In this document: positions 1 to 15,528 of the stretch, in pieces | Position numbering within the stretch: the stretch's first letter is position 1 | How the letters are laid out: the number at the start of each line of letters is the position of its first letter | Origin: Octopus vulgaris | Taxonomy: Eukaryota | Direction: 5' to 3' | Assembly: GCA_951406725.2 (NCBI GenBank) | Contig: OX597822.1 | Coordinates: 55,800,001 to 55,864,000, forward strand | DNA: 64,000 nt | Program-made: the position numbers and the translations under genes | The notes under the pieces: generated by a model | What the model saw: the letters and a program-made list of their open reading frames with translations, nothing else | Databases searched by the model: none | Told to the model about the DNA's origin: nothing

Positions 1-170
1 CGTCTTGTTTGTTGTTAACACACCATTTCGGCTGATATACCTTCGTGCCTTCATCAGGTAACTTGGGGAAATTTCGAACCTGGGTTCTAATTTCTAAGGT
101 ATTTTTCGATGTTGTTGTTGTTGTTATTATTATTATTATTAATATTATTATTATTATTATTATTATTATT
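1..170 (-). mobile_element. 3' part of tRNA-headed HHR-bearing SINE (degenerate HHR at ~17-60), inverted relative to the copy at 224-600
   Basis: 1-110 is the reverse complement of 421-530; followed by (GTT)/(ATT) repeats. Confidence 0.8.
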
Positions 171-223
171 TACTCTTTTACCATTTTACTTGTTTCAGTC
201 ATGTGGCCATGCTGGAGCACCAC

Positions 224-294
224 GCGCATATGGCGTAGTGGTTAAGAGCGCAGGCTACTAACCCCAAGATTCCGAGTTCGATTCCAGGTTGTGA

Positions 295-384
<90 letters not shown>

Positions 385-600
385 CAATAATAATAATAAC
401 AACAACAACTACAACAACAACGTCGAAAAATACCTTAGGAATGAGAACCCAGGTTCGAAATTTCCCTAAGACACCTGATGAAGGCTGGAGGGTATATCAG
501 CCGAAACGGTGTGTTAACAACAAACAAGACGAGGACAAATATCCGTCAAATGTAAATAACGTAAATGATGTACATAATTCCTCATCTCTAAAATATAGAA
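224..600 (+). mobile_element. SINE: tRNA-like head + (AAT)n + Penelope-like tail with minimal hammerhead motif
   Basis: A box TGGCGTAGTGG (231-241), B box GAGTTCGATTCC (274-285), (AAT)n ~298-400, tail shared with 54372-55215. Confidence 0.8.
471..514 (+). ncRNA. Minimal type I hammerhead motif (cleavage triplet mutated GUU->GGU)
   Basis: ACAC-CTGATGA-A-GGCTG-loop-CAGCC-GAAAC-GGT-GTGT; stems I and II pair by eye. Confidence 0.65.
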
Positions 601-1439
601 CTGAAATACAAACTTGTCTCATATTCTTTCAACTTGCAATGTTTTTAAAATACCATCATTATAGGAGACTGTTAGACAAGAAGATAAGAACTATTACATG
701 AAATCTGTTATATATTTCGATAGTTAATTCCTTTGCTAAAACCTCTATTGTTTGTGTAATCATCGTTCATATAATGAACGGAAATAAAAATCATTTCCTA
801 TCTTCGTACATATGTAATTATGTGTTCATATAAGTTATTAATATTAAAATGCACAAATATATATATGTATTGATGGAAATGTAATGCAGAGGGAAACTAA
901 GTTAGCGTTAGGTGTAGAAGTCAACATCCAGGTAGAACTCGATAAATCTGACAAACAACTTCGATGTGTAAGTCATGGTAAAAAATAGACTGTCCAATGC
1001 TACGAAAAACACGACAACAACAGCAAAAATATACTCAACAATCAATATCTGAAATCTCAACAACAATCACCAAACAAAAAGAACGTCAAGCAGAATATAC
1101 AAACAGTTGGAAAATACAAAAAAGATCAAGTACATTAGCGATACTGACGAAGACGACAACTGCAACAACAACAACAACAACAACAGCAGTAGCAACAACA
1201 ACAGCAGCAGCAGCAACAACAACAGCAAGCAACAGCAACAACAACAACAACAACAACAGTCAAGAATAGCAACATTCTCAGCTACATCATCTTCTGAAAC
1301 AAAAACTAGAATGAAGGTAAAGGGAATTCGTCAAATTATCATCAAAGAACACTTAGTAATGACGGTCACACTAAGAGCACTTGCTGAACAGGTCCCCTGA
1401 TATCTTGATGGTATTTTAAAGTACTACAAGGACCTTTGA

Positions 1440-1960
1440 GCAATTCTGAAATTGCATTTACTTGGTGTGCCGGTCAAAGAATAACCGACACCTTTCACTT
1501 ATTCTCTGCCAGCCTGTCGGATATGTAGCTATTAGCGAGATAAGGATTTCCGAAATGCACGTACTAGCATTCATTATTTATGACTACTACTCTTACGTGC
1601 CTTTTGTTTGGTCCAGATTGATTGAAGTAGCAGTGTTGCTTCGAAAAAGTTTGGGTATCGAGGAACAGACAATCTTCCAAGACCCAAATAATCACAGAAC
1701 GTGAACTGCAAAGAAGACCACGCCTTTAGACTAAATTTCATTTCTACACCCCTTTGGAAAGAGCGGCTGAATCTCTTCAGGTTTCAGGGAGAATACTTAT
1801 CGTTCATAATTACGAATGTGTGACATGGCTAACACCTAGGATTGTGTAAGAGAAGCCGATAGGAGAGTAAGAATAAAATCCCCGAAGAACCGTCCTGATA
1901 AATCCAACTGTATGATACTTAACGACAAAATTTCCCGAATGTACCAATTTAACTAGGACA
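1440..1960 (+). pseudogene. Degenerate L1/Tx1-like APE endonuclease fragment
   Basis: Translation includes VAISEIR...VAVLLRKSL...IFQDP...AFRL, resembling the N-terminus of L1/Tx1 ORF2; frameshifts and stops. Confidence 0.45.
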
Positions 1961-1983
1961 AATTATTCAGGTTGTATTAAAAA

Positions 1984-2280
1984 GAGTGTTTATTGAGAGA
2001 AAACACCTAAAAGATCCACAAGGCTCCGGCAGGGGATGGTGGTGATCCCTGCTGTACTCTTTCACCACAACTTTCTCTTACTTCCTGTTTCTGTTGTACC
2101 CGTATTTCAAAGGGCCGGCCTTGTCACTATCTGTGTCATGCTGAATATCCTTGAGAACTACGTTAAGGGTACACGTGTCTGTGGAGTGCTCAGCCACTTA
2201 CACGTTAATTTCACGAGCAGGCTGTTCCGTTGATTCGGATCAACCGGAACCCTCATCGTCGTAACCGACGGAGTCCTTCC
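1984..2280 (+). mobile_element. 5'-truncated mosaic SINE
   Basis: First half matches the body of the SINE at 35804-36108; second half matches the tail of the SINE at 50998-51318. Confidence 0.7.
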
Positions 2281-3480
2281 ATTAAAAAGAATATTCTTTA
2301 AGTCAGCAGATAGATATATTATAGGGCGTTCTCAATATCGCCTTGTGATTTAAACTTAGATATGGCGCATAAACCAGTTCTGTTACTGAATGGTGAATGT
2401 GTTATTCCTGGCGTCTACAGTGACTGAATAAACAAAGTGATTCACCAGGATTTATGGGGATGACTGTCAACAATTGGTGGTATGTTTCCCTGAAGAAAAT
2501 AATTTTCAAAAATAGAAACGACAGATTTATGGAAAAATTGTGACCAAATAAAAATAAGTTAGAGAAAGAAGTAGTCAACATATTAAAAGAGTTAATTAGA
2601 AAAGGCACAGCATGATGAAAATGGCGTTTGATCATCTTTCTGATTCAAAGCACGAATTCTGGTTTGTCAGAGCCAAAACACTAAAACGTTCAATGTGTTC
2701 AGGTGACAGAAACGGAGTCAGAGTTTGATCTTTTAGAGACTTCAATGAGCACTTTCTATACAGATCCAAAGCAGTTTTCCTGCGAAACTTTTCTTGCCTG
2801 TATGTAGGGAGTAATGGCTCGAAGATCTATAGTGTTGTGAAAACTGACAAAGGCAGTTGAGATAAGATTTGTAGTGAATGATCGTGTGCTGTACGAATTG
2901 CCATTCATATTAGTCTTCTCTACATACATTTTGTATGCATTTCTAATGGAAAGGCACGAGCCATATTTTGTCTCAGAAAAACATTTCAATGAGTCTTGTA
3001 TGAAACAGTCTGACGATACACCAGCGTTCTGTGCGAAGCCCAATGTTTTCAAGAGAAGTATTTTTTATTGCAACTAATGCTGTTACAAATTTGTTTACAC
3101 ACTAATTATTTACTATTAGGATACTTCAAATATCTGTGTTGATTTAATTCCAGCTTTAGAACAAATCCGTAAATTACCAATTTTTAGCTGGTTTCTTCCA
3201 AAATTCAGTGTTTCTCTTCGTTCTTTTTTTAAACCAATAGTTGGGTAAGTATAATCTTATTAATTGTAACACTTTTTAAACATATAGACATATTTTTTGT
3301 TTTACGGACTTGAGCGTGAACATTACTCGAATATCACAGAAACTATCGAACCGCAACCAGCTTGTTAATCTCATTTAGAAGGTACCCACATCTGATTTTC
3401 ATAGGATTTATATGGTCTAAATAACTAAATCTAAATTTCTTTCTGAGATTAATCTCTACATGAGGACTGAACAAAAACCA

Positions 3481-3543
<63 letters not shown>

Positions 3544-3588
3544 CCCACATGTATATGTTTCCGTATCTACACACACACACACAACACA

Positions 3589-3660
<72 letters not shown>

Positions 3661-3673
3661 AGTTGAGTATGTA

Positions 3674-5602
<1,929 letters not shown>

Positions 5603-6629
5603 GATTGCATGAGTGTAAATATGTACTTGTCTATGTTTTCTCACTCTCTTTCTATATCTGTCTCTTATTTTTTCCCTCTGTGTCAGTTTCAATACCTTCT
5701 ATCACTCAAATACTGACAGTCATCCTCAATTTGATCTATCATATTATCGTATAGAACCTGATATGTAAAATTACGCCCAAGTACACATTGAAAATGGCCA
5801 CATTCCGTCCGATAGTTTTAATTAAAATGTTCTATAATAAATAAAATAGGCCAGAAACCAATGAATGTAGCGTGACAGGAAACAACGAATCATAATTAAC
5901 GAGTAATATAAGTAATAGGACTAAATTACTACATACATAAATGAATAGAATGGGATATTGTTGGAAGTGACGTGATGAGGAGATATTTTCAACGTTTTGA
6001 TCAGAGCACTTTTTTCTGGATGAGAATAGGCTGGGTGTAAAGAGAAAATATAGTAAAACGAAACACAAAAGAACATCGAGAAAAAAGCGAGAATAGAAGA
6101 ATACGAAACGAAAGGAACATGGATTTGTTGAAGATAGGTGAAAAGCAGTGTAAGAAGAGAAACCGACGAAAAGGAATGAAATCGGTGGGAAAAGTAAGAA
6201 GTCAACAAATGGTCAGTAGTTTTAAGTAAAAATAAAAATGACGGCCACAGCTTCACCGTCACTGTTAGTCTTTCCTCATAATTTCTCCTTTTTCTAGTTT
6301 AAAACTATTCTCACGTTAATTCATAATTTTCTTTTCTTAATCCTGACTTTTAATCACAAACTATCCTTTGTTATTTCCCATTTTTTAGAATCTATTCTCT
6401 CTCTCTGTTCGAAAAAGTAGCTAGAACAACCTAAAATCACCCTCTTCCAGTTTGAATAATGATACATTAAATATTGATGTCGTTTACATATAAAAAGATG
6501 TAGTAAACAGCAGCTTCCTGAAGACTGTTGAAGAAGGCAGCGGCTCGCACTTCTCCACCTCAACAGCGCTGAACATTGGCAGAAAATATGCTCCGACACT
6601 ATTATCTACTCCAGACGAGTTCTATGAGA

Positions 6630-7555
6630 ATCGTATTCCTCATCAGCAGCATCCCTAGCACCCCTAGATTGGAACAACTTGTTCTAGGTGACTCCTGTAC
6701 TAGAGTTAGAGCGAACCACAATACATGCACTAGGATGTGGTGTGAGCAAAATGAATGATAACGGTCAGCGACTTCTCAATCCGTGACACACCATCACTTG
6801 CGCATCACCAAACTCTTATTTTCGAACTATGCTCTAGCACAAAATTTATAAGAAACACTTGGCTCAAGGTATTGAAATTTTAAGCATACTGTCGTTAAAA
6901 ATATTCTCCATGCGGTCCTACATCAGTGTCAACTGCAACACAGACCACTCTTTTAATGTGTTATGAAATTAGGCTAGAACATGAGAGAACACTAAACAAC
7001 AAGGGAAAACTTGCATCAACGTAAGCAAGATGTCCTTATGTAACTTAGCGGTTCGGCAAAAGGGACCGATAGAATAAGTACTAAGCTTACAAAGAATAAG
7101 TCCTGGGGTCGATTTGCTCGACTAAAGGCGTTGCCCCAGCATGGCTACAGTCTAATGACTGTAACAAATAAAAGATAAAAAGAGAAAAAGAGTAAACACT
7201 TCATAGGGTCTTTCTATAGATGATGCAGCACCTTACAACCAGGAAACATTCTACAAAACATGGGAAATACTGCAGGATACCAAGCACTACAAAACCCTGG
7301 CTGTCTTTTGGGAAAACACATGATTGGTTTGGCCCCAAATCAGTCGAGATGTTTCCTGACAGTGAAACCAAATACCTGCTAGCAGTCAGCTAGTGAAAAA
7401 CTTATATATTCTAAGGATTATCTGGATCAAGTCTAAGCAGACCACTAAGTGTTGTATTAAAGAATATTGAGTACAGCTATTAGGGAAATTCAGAAGTTCC
7501 CTATAAAAGAGGATTGGATCAGTTCAGAGCAAGACTGTTCCCACTCTGAAACCTT
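6630..7555 (+). pseudogene. RTE-clade LINE remnant (APE domain and linker), interrupted by a SINE tail at ~7040-7190
   Basis: Motifs EQLVLGD..RV.A.H, KMNDNGQRLL, LRIT and NCNTDHS across frameshifts. Confidence 0.65.
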
Positions 7556-7999
7556 CAACATTTACAACGACGTTAAACAAATTTGCGTTTTCGCTCTTAC
7601 TCTTTTGTGGAGTTGCGGTTAGCAGACGTTTCATATATTTCTATCAAAACAGAGACAGAAGCACACGTAATACTCAATAGGAACATGCATCCGGCTCATG
7701 ATACAGCAATTGTTATCTATACTCAGCAGGAACACCAGAATTAAGGTTATGTAGATTAAGAAAAATATAATTGTTTCATACACAAGCTAAGCCAATAATG
7801 AGCACAGTAAAAGGGCATCCATGCATCGCTTAATTAAAAATTATTGCTTTCTACATCTTATCCACAATGAAAATAGATTGATTAAAGAAATATATTAAGC
7901 AATTTTACTTGCTTAATGTATTTCATTAACATATGATTTCAACGTGAAATGAAACTTTGATCTTTAAAATTCATTGAAATAGTGAGAACAATTTCAAGA

Positions 8000-8330
8000 T
8001 TCTTTTCTACTTTAGGTACAAGGCTCAAAACTTTTGGGGTGGGTGCCAGTGGATTAGATCAACCCCAGTACGCAACTGGTACTTAATATATTAACCTCGA
8101 AAGGATGAAAGGCAAAGTCGACCTCGGCGGAATTTGAACTCAGAACGCAAAGGCAGACGAAATACCTATTTCTTTACTACCCACAAGGGGCTAAACGCAG
8201 AGAGGACAAGCAAGGACAAACAAACGGATTAAGTCGATTATATCGACCCCAGTGCGTAACTGGTACGCCCGGTCTGGGAATCGAAACCGCGAGTCCGCTG
8301 TCCTAACCACTGGGCAATTGCGCCCCCCCA
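8000..8330 (-). mobile_element. Nin/Deu-domain-like SINE fragments fused to the head of a second SINE family
   Basis: aaaggatgaaaggcaaagtcgacctcggcggaatttgaactcagaacg core; 8266-8330 matches the head at 35620-35691. Confidence 0.7.
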
Positions 8331-9109
8331 CACACAGACACAGACACACACACACACACACATATATTAATGTTACATATATATATACTATAAACACACA
8401 CGTATGTATGTATATATTTATACACACATATATCTTCATAAATTACTGCATTCGGATTTATCAGTAATATATTATATACTGACACAATATAAATACCCAC
8501 CTACCTACATACATACATACCTACCTTGCTACATGCATTCATGCGTAAATACATACATAAATGCATACATGCATTAAAGCATATTTGCTTCATACATTAT
8601 GAACGAATATAGGCATTATTAACTCCCCCTCATATCAATGTTATATAAAAACATTTTATCGCATGCATAGTGCCATAAACCATACTGAAGCATAAGCGTG
8701 TATAATAAACGCACACTTATGCCCACACGCGCACACAGATACACATTCGAACACATGCATGCACAGACATATATACATACAAACATATACAAATGTCACA
8801 CGCAAGAGCTCATGCACTCTATTTGCGTACTTCAATACTTCATCATCGAACGTACGCATTGTCAATATTATATGGAGTTTGAAGCGAGTACACACAGCAT
8901 GGCGAGAAGGTTTGTATGCAAACTCTGGCACATTGAGTGAATGCGCCATGAAAGTTGAAGGCCTGAAATAACATAATGGTTTTGTTTTAAAAGCCATGCT
9001 GACGTTTATCTTCCATCAACGTCGATCTTTCAGTCATGAAATAGGAAATAGGACATTTTGAAATTGACTTTATTATTGCTTGATGACTTTAAGTTTGGTT
9101 TAGTTGTTG

Positions 9110-9436
9110 AGATTGTTATTGATGTTCGTGTTAGTGGTTGTTATTGGTGGTGCTGATGTTGGTGTTGTTGTTGTTGTTGTTGTTGTTGTTGATGATGGTA
9201 GTGTTGGTGATGGTGGTGGTGGTAATGAAGATGGCGGTGGATATGATGATGGTGATGACGAAGACAACGACGAAGGAGAAGAAGAAGAAGAAGAAGAAGA
9301 AGAAGAAAAAGAAGAAGAAAAGAAGAAGAAGAAGAAGATAAAGAAGAAGAAGAAGAAGAATAAAAAGAAGAAGAAGAAGAAGAAGAAGAAGAAGAAGAAG
9401 AAGAAGAAGAAGAAGAAGAAGAAGAAGAAGAAGAAA
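9110..9436. repeat. Low-complexity (GTT)/(GAT)/(GAA)n tract
   Basis: Directly visible; long (GAA)n at ~9280-9435. Confidence 0.95.
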
Positions 9437-9821
9437 CAGTTGCCGTGGATGTGGATTTCAGGATTGTCAGCGCAGCTCGTATAACTACAAACAGAAGGAG
9501 AGCAAGGTTTTATTAATGAGAAACCCGCACAAGTTTATCTGTTGCTTTTAGCTTTGCTTTCAACTTATGAACATATCAACTGTAGAATAATAATTGAGAA
9601 GGTGTTTGATTTAAGGACATGCAGTTTACTTCTACATATTCGTTTCCTATATCTTTCAATAAAAGTGAAATTTAATATCCCCATGGACTCCGTATACTTG
9701 ACAACTCGTCAATCAGTGTTATATTATCCATACATCTATTTATAAAGCCACAGCTAATTATATTTATTCTCATTCAATATTCCACGATTCAGGTGAGTGT
9801 TTCTTTATGAGCATAAGATAC

Positions 9822-10397
9822 TGGTTTCAAATTTTGGCACAAGGCCAGCAAGTTCGGAGAATAAGTCGATTATATTGGCCTCAACTGGTATTTAATATTA
9901 TAGAACCGAAAAGATGAAAAGCAAAGTTGACCTTGGCGTAATTTGAACTCATGACGCAAAGATGTACGAAATACCGCCGGCGTGCTAACGATTCTTATTT
10001 CTTTATTGCCCGCAAGGGGCTAAACATAGAGGGGACAAACAAGGACAAACAAAGAGATTAAGTCGATTACATCAACCCAGTGCGTAACTGGTACTTAATT
10101 CATCGACCCCGAAAGGATGAAGGTAAAGTCGACCTCGGCGGAATTTGAACTCAGAACGTAACGGCAGACGAAATACCTATTTCTTTACTACCCACAAGGG
10201 GCTAAACACAGAGAGGACAAACAAGGACAGACAAACGGATCAAGTCGATTATATCGACCTCAGCGCGTAACTGGTACTTATTTAATCGACCCTGAAAGAA
10301 TGAAAGGCAAAGTGGACCTTTGCGGAATTTGAACTCAGAACGAAGCGGCAGACGAATTTCGCCCGGCGTGCTAACGATTCTACCAGCTCGCCACCTT
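9822..10397 (-). mobile_element. Tandem cluster of Nin/Deu-domain-like SINE units (about 3)
   Basis: Core repeated at ~9910, ~10110 and ~10290. Confidence 0.8.
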
Positions 10398-11494
10398 TGA
10401 AGAATAGGATATTAGCACGGGAAATTTCATGTCGAAAACAGTCTGCCTTGAAGAACTATTGCTTTATTAATGATCTTTAGAAATTAATGATTTTCATAGC
10501 TGTCCTTTTACCGTTCCGCTAAAATACCGCAACTTTTCTTTCTATGCAATGGACCCTAATAAGCACAAACTTGGCTTTTATTTTTAATGTGGCTCATTTG
10601 GTAGTGTCTGCCATTTTGACTTGTAACAGATGAATGACAAAGTCTTGTTTGAATTACAGTGGCTAAATGAATTCCAGAAGCCATTGTTTAGCCCCACGTC
10701 ACTTGTTCAGTTTCCTGTTAGCCTTTATTGAACTGACATATAGTCAGAGACATTCTAGCTATGTTCATCATACAGAGATAGTATATCTAGGACTTCATCA
10801 TCAAATGTGTCCTTTTTTAACAATATGAATTAAAGGAGTGGCTGGTTGGTGTCTCTAGCATATCTAACGACCCCATATTAGCAGAATTCGTTAAGATGGC
10901 GAACAAAATGCTTTGCAGTTTTTAGTTCCAACCCTTTATGTTCTGAGTTCAAACCCTGTGTAAGCCAACTTTGTCTTTCATCCTCCTCAGATCGTTCGGA
11001 TAATTAAACAGAAGGGACGATATATTTGTATAATGAGGATATCTCTTACACTTCACAGTTGAGTATTCCGGACGAATATTCTTAATTGATATTTGCACTT
11101 TAATTACAAGACTTATGTTTTTATTTTACCCCCAGCTGAACTCAGCGTTTCAGCCGTAACCATCTTACTTTTTAAGGATAATACAGGTGTCTTCTCATTT
11201 TTCAAGATAGTGGGGTGTGATATGAGAGAGATTTGACTGCTAATTCTAGCGTATCTGGAAACACGTAGGGGCTCATATGATGGCTTTAGTAAAGCAAATG
11301 AAAACGCCGAATAGAGAGACTGTTATTTTGGAGATGAAATCAAGTGATGTAGGAATAGTAACCTCGAAATGATAAGAGGCAAAGTTGACCTCGGCGGAAT
11401 TTGAGCTCAGAAAGTAAAGACGGACAAATTACCGCAGAACATTTTGTCCGATGCTCTTACATTTCTGCAAGTTCACCCCTATATCTATCTATAT

Positions 11495-11796
11495 CAGTGG
11501 TTCTCAACCGGGGCTCATATATGGTTTTTGGGGTCCACGCAAGCAAAATAGTAAATTTTGGATACATAGTAGTATTTTAAGAGTAAATGAAAAGTTTTGA
11601 TATAAATGTACGTATTACAAGAAATAGCTAGGTTTCTTTCTCTAACATTTTACACAAGTTAATGTGTGAATGACAAAATAGGAATTTTGAAAGAAAAATC
11701 TTTCAAATTAGTATCTAATCATCGAATGGCTATGGTGCACCAGAATACAATACTAGTGAAGTGAGTCCATAGGTAAAAACTGGTTCAGAACTACTG
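11495..11796. mobile_element. hAT (Charlie/MER5-like) MITE
   Basis: TIRs cagtggttctcaacc / ggttcagaactactg; TSD not clean. Confidence 0.65.
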
Positions 11797-11797
11797 A

Positions 11798-11844
<47 letters not shown>

Positions 11845-11859
11845 TTCCCTCCCAATATA

Positions 11860-11921
<62 letters not shown>

Positions 11922-11929
11922 CATACAAA

Positions 11930-12822
11930 TAATATATAAATATATGCATATATGCATACATATATGTACATACCTACATATCTATGTATATATACATGCA
12001 TATATGGATACAGGACATAAAAAATACATAGAAAACAAACTTTTTTTCAAACAACGAAAGAAACAGATAGAGAAACGAGACAGGCAACATAAAGAACATT
12101 CCCTTCATCAGTTGTCCTGGGTTTTATCTATTCTTCGTTTCGAAGGTAAGGACAAGACGCGTCTTCATTAAAACAATCCTTCCTGCAAAGCAAATTAAAT
12201 AAAATTTTGGGATTTTTTGCAGAGGGTTAAAATGGTAACAAAAACAGGACAGAGAGAACAAAACAGTAAAACAAACGGTGAGGGTTGGTGAACGCTGGAA
12301 AAACGAGTTTTGAGAATAGACAGGCAAAAGCACGTCTTGTCTTTAGGAAGGAGGTGGAAGAAAGAAAGATGGATAGCCATTGTTCACGTGTGAGCAACGA
12401 GAGAGTCAAGGAGGAAGAGTGAGAGAGAGAGAGAGAGAAGGAACGGTGACGGAGAGAGGAGAAGAATAAGGAAAGGGTAGGAGAGAAAAACAGAAAGGAA
12501 GAAGAACAAGAGGGGGAGATACATAGAAAGAATAGAGAGGGATAGAGTGCGCATCAGAATTATAAAGTAAAACTCACTTGAAGATGGATGCGTGGTGTTC
12601 GAACATATAATAATATAAATAGTATATAAATATATGCATATATACATATATGTACATACCTACATATATATGTATATATACATGCATATATGGGTACAGG
12701 ATATAAAAAAGTCAACAAAATGAGAAACGAGAATATATAAAAACAAAAACATAGACAACGTTCTTTTTTTCGAACAACGAAACAAACAAATAGCGAAACG
12801 AGACAGGCAACATAAAGAACAT
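11930..12822 (-). mobile_element. Repeat with direct terminal duplication, probably a PLE 3' region
   Basis: 11934-12098 is repeated at 12624-12822; a related sequence lies at ~57040-57400. Confidence 0.5.
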
Positions 12823-12827
12823 CTATA

Positions 12828-12912
<85 letters not shown>

Positions 12913-12938
12913 GTCTGTTTGTCTGTCTGTCTGTCTGC

Positions 12939-13000
<62 letters not shown>

Positions 13001-13003
13001 GCC

Positions 13004-13036
<33 letters not shown>

Positions 13037-13054
13037 GCCTGCCTGCCTGCCTGC

Positions 13055-13116
<62 letters not shown>

Positions 13117-13201
13117 GTCTGTCTGCCTGTCTGTCTATCTGTCTATCTATCTATCTATCTATCTATCTATATATCTCTCTGTCTGTCTATCTCTCTCTCT
13201 T

Positions 13202-13232
<31 letters not shown>

Positions 13233-13290
13233 CCATACATCCATACATCCATTCATCCATACATACATATGTGTGTGTGTGTGTGTATAA
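12823..13290. repeat. (TATC)/(TGTC)/(TGCC)n compound microsatellite
   Basis: Directly visible. Confidence 0.95.
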
Positions 13291-14117
13291 ACGATAATGA
13301 ACAGATACATTAATCTCAACGCTCTTGCAAGTATTTAGAGAATATCATTTCAACGGAGACGGTAGCAGTAAGATGTGTTTAGTTTAATTAATAAGTGAAA
13401 GTTTTAATCAACGACAGAGGGCAGCAAGGAGCCCCTGTGCCACATCAAATGTAACATGAGACAACTCAACTTTAATTGACAATAATAGAAGTAAAAGACA
13501 AGGGAAAAAAGACTTGATTAATGAAACTGTGGAGGAACATTAGGTTTCTTTACATGGTTATGTCTATTCCTTTATTCTTCTTCCAATGTTGAAGTTATTA
13601 CTGCATCGCTTTATTTTAAAGATATGAAATCTAACTCTAATGTGCTATTAATTTTGTAAAGGCAAGATAATGTGATTAACACTTTGAATAAAGCAGAGCT
13701 TTGAAAGAATTTCCACTGAAGACAAAGTTAACACGCGTAGTAGCAATCTATGCCAGCAGTATGGCTTTAGAATTTCAAATTACAGCTGTATCGTGAAAAT
13801 GAAATCTTATATCTTCGCAATTTCATTGCAAACCACAATGAATATCTAATTAACTAAACATATATAGTCTGAATTTGATAATATTCTCTTCGATCTTTTG
13901 CATGTCTATCGTTAGAAATGGTGCTTATGGATTTAGGAGAGTGTCGCCATCCAGAGGAGCCGATAGAATATGCTTTAATAAAATTATAAGTGATTACAAA
14001 TTGGGAATAATAGTTGTCAAATAAAGCATCTTGGAACAACGGTTAAGAATATTAAATTATGCTTGCTTTACTACAAAAGGGAGGTACTCAACATAAAAAA
14101 TAAAATAACAGAAAAGA

Positions 14118-14288
14118 TAAAGACGATTATAACGACCTCAGTGCGTAACTAATACTTAATTTATCGACACCGAAAGAATGAAAGGCAAAGTCGACCTCGG
14201 CGGAATTTGAACTCAGAACGTAATGGCAGACGAAATACGGCGACGCATTTCGCCCGGCGTGCTAACGTTTCTGCCAGCTCGCCTCCTT
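14118..14288 (-). mobile_element. Nin/Deu-domain-like SINE
   Basis: Matches the reverse complement of 30381-30545. Confidence 0.8.
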
Positions 14289-15024
14289 ATCGTATAAGCA
14301 TATTGCTATACGAATTTATCTCAAGTGGTATTGTTTTATTTAACAGTTTGGCGAAAGACATCGAAGTGCATTGATGTGAGTTACTGATGCCTATTCCTGT
14401 TTACCTTTTATGCGTGGCGGGTATAGTGTGGGCAAGAGCTGATGACATCAACACGTTGGTACGTACGTGTATGTTCGCTAGGGCGTGTATATATATGATT
14501 GCGAGTATGTGGATGTGTGTGTCAGTTGTGTATATCAGCTGCGTGCGCGCGCGCGAATAAATAAATAAATGAGTGCACACACACACATTTAAAACAGTTT
14601 GATTCGGTTCCATGCGACTTAAAGTTTTGCAGGCCTCTAACGAGCTGTTTCAGTTTTTGTCTACTGAAGACACTTGCCCTAGGTGCCACACAGTGGATCT
14701 GAATAGGGAACCATGTGGATGGGAAGCAAATTTCTTACCACACAGCTACACACATTTTTTGACACCATGACAACGGTTTTTTTTTTTTTATCAAGCAACT
14801 AAATTGCATTGACGGCAATCATCTCGACTGAGCTCAGCAATTAGCGTACGACAGTGGTTCGATATATATATTTACATCAACCGCTTTAACCAGTTTACGG
14901 CGGTGATTCATTCGGTTGCCTGAGCGCGGCAACGGTAAATTACGCCGATTCAGATCAGCATCCAGTACGTGACAACGTTCGGCGTATATTTACGTTATCC
15001 GCTTTAGAGAAAGTACAGCTTTTT

Positions 15025-15350
15025 CGTGCGCGGACAGGATATCGAATTCACTTTTACCAAAGGATAAGATGCCGAAGCCAACAAGTTGAACGGAAACATT
15101 GCCGAACGGACATAAAGCCGAAACAACACAATAATAATAATAATAATAAAAATTCCTACCTACATCGTTTGATGACAAATTCACCTATATGGCACTTAAG
15201 ATTTTACGAGATTAAATTTTAATTTTTGTATGTCTTTTCGGCATCTTGTCCGTTCGGTTTTATGCCCGTTCGGCATTGTGTCCGTTCGACTGTTTTTTCT
15301 TCGGCCTCTTGTCCCTCGGCAAAAGTGCAGTCGGCATCCCGTCCGTATAC
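15025..15350. mobile_element. Foldback MITE with ~15-bp subterminal repeats
   Basis: Units like cggacaagatgccgaa on the left, inverted on the right. Confidence 0.6.
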
Positions 15351-15437
15351 CATATATATATATATATACGTTTAAATATTTGTTGCGCAAGATTTTTATT
15401 GGCTAAACTGGCAAAATGACCATTCCGAAATATAACA

Positions 15438-15528
<91 letters not shown>

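Noticed and set aside
224-298. Possible tRNA gene
   Set aside because: A and B boxes are present but there is no proper acceptor stem; it is the head of a repeated SINE
997-1400. ORFs with polyQ/N/T tracts
   Set aside because: Produced by (CAA/CAG)n microsatellite; no domain or splice support
2400-3077. Coding-like unique island with short ORFs on both strands
   Set aside because: No motif recognised and stops in all frames; may be an old TE, but I cannot support a call
9104-9484. Acidic/poly-K ORF
   Set aside because: Translation of GAT/GAA repeats
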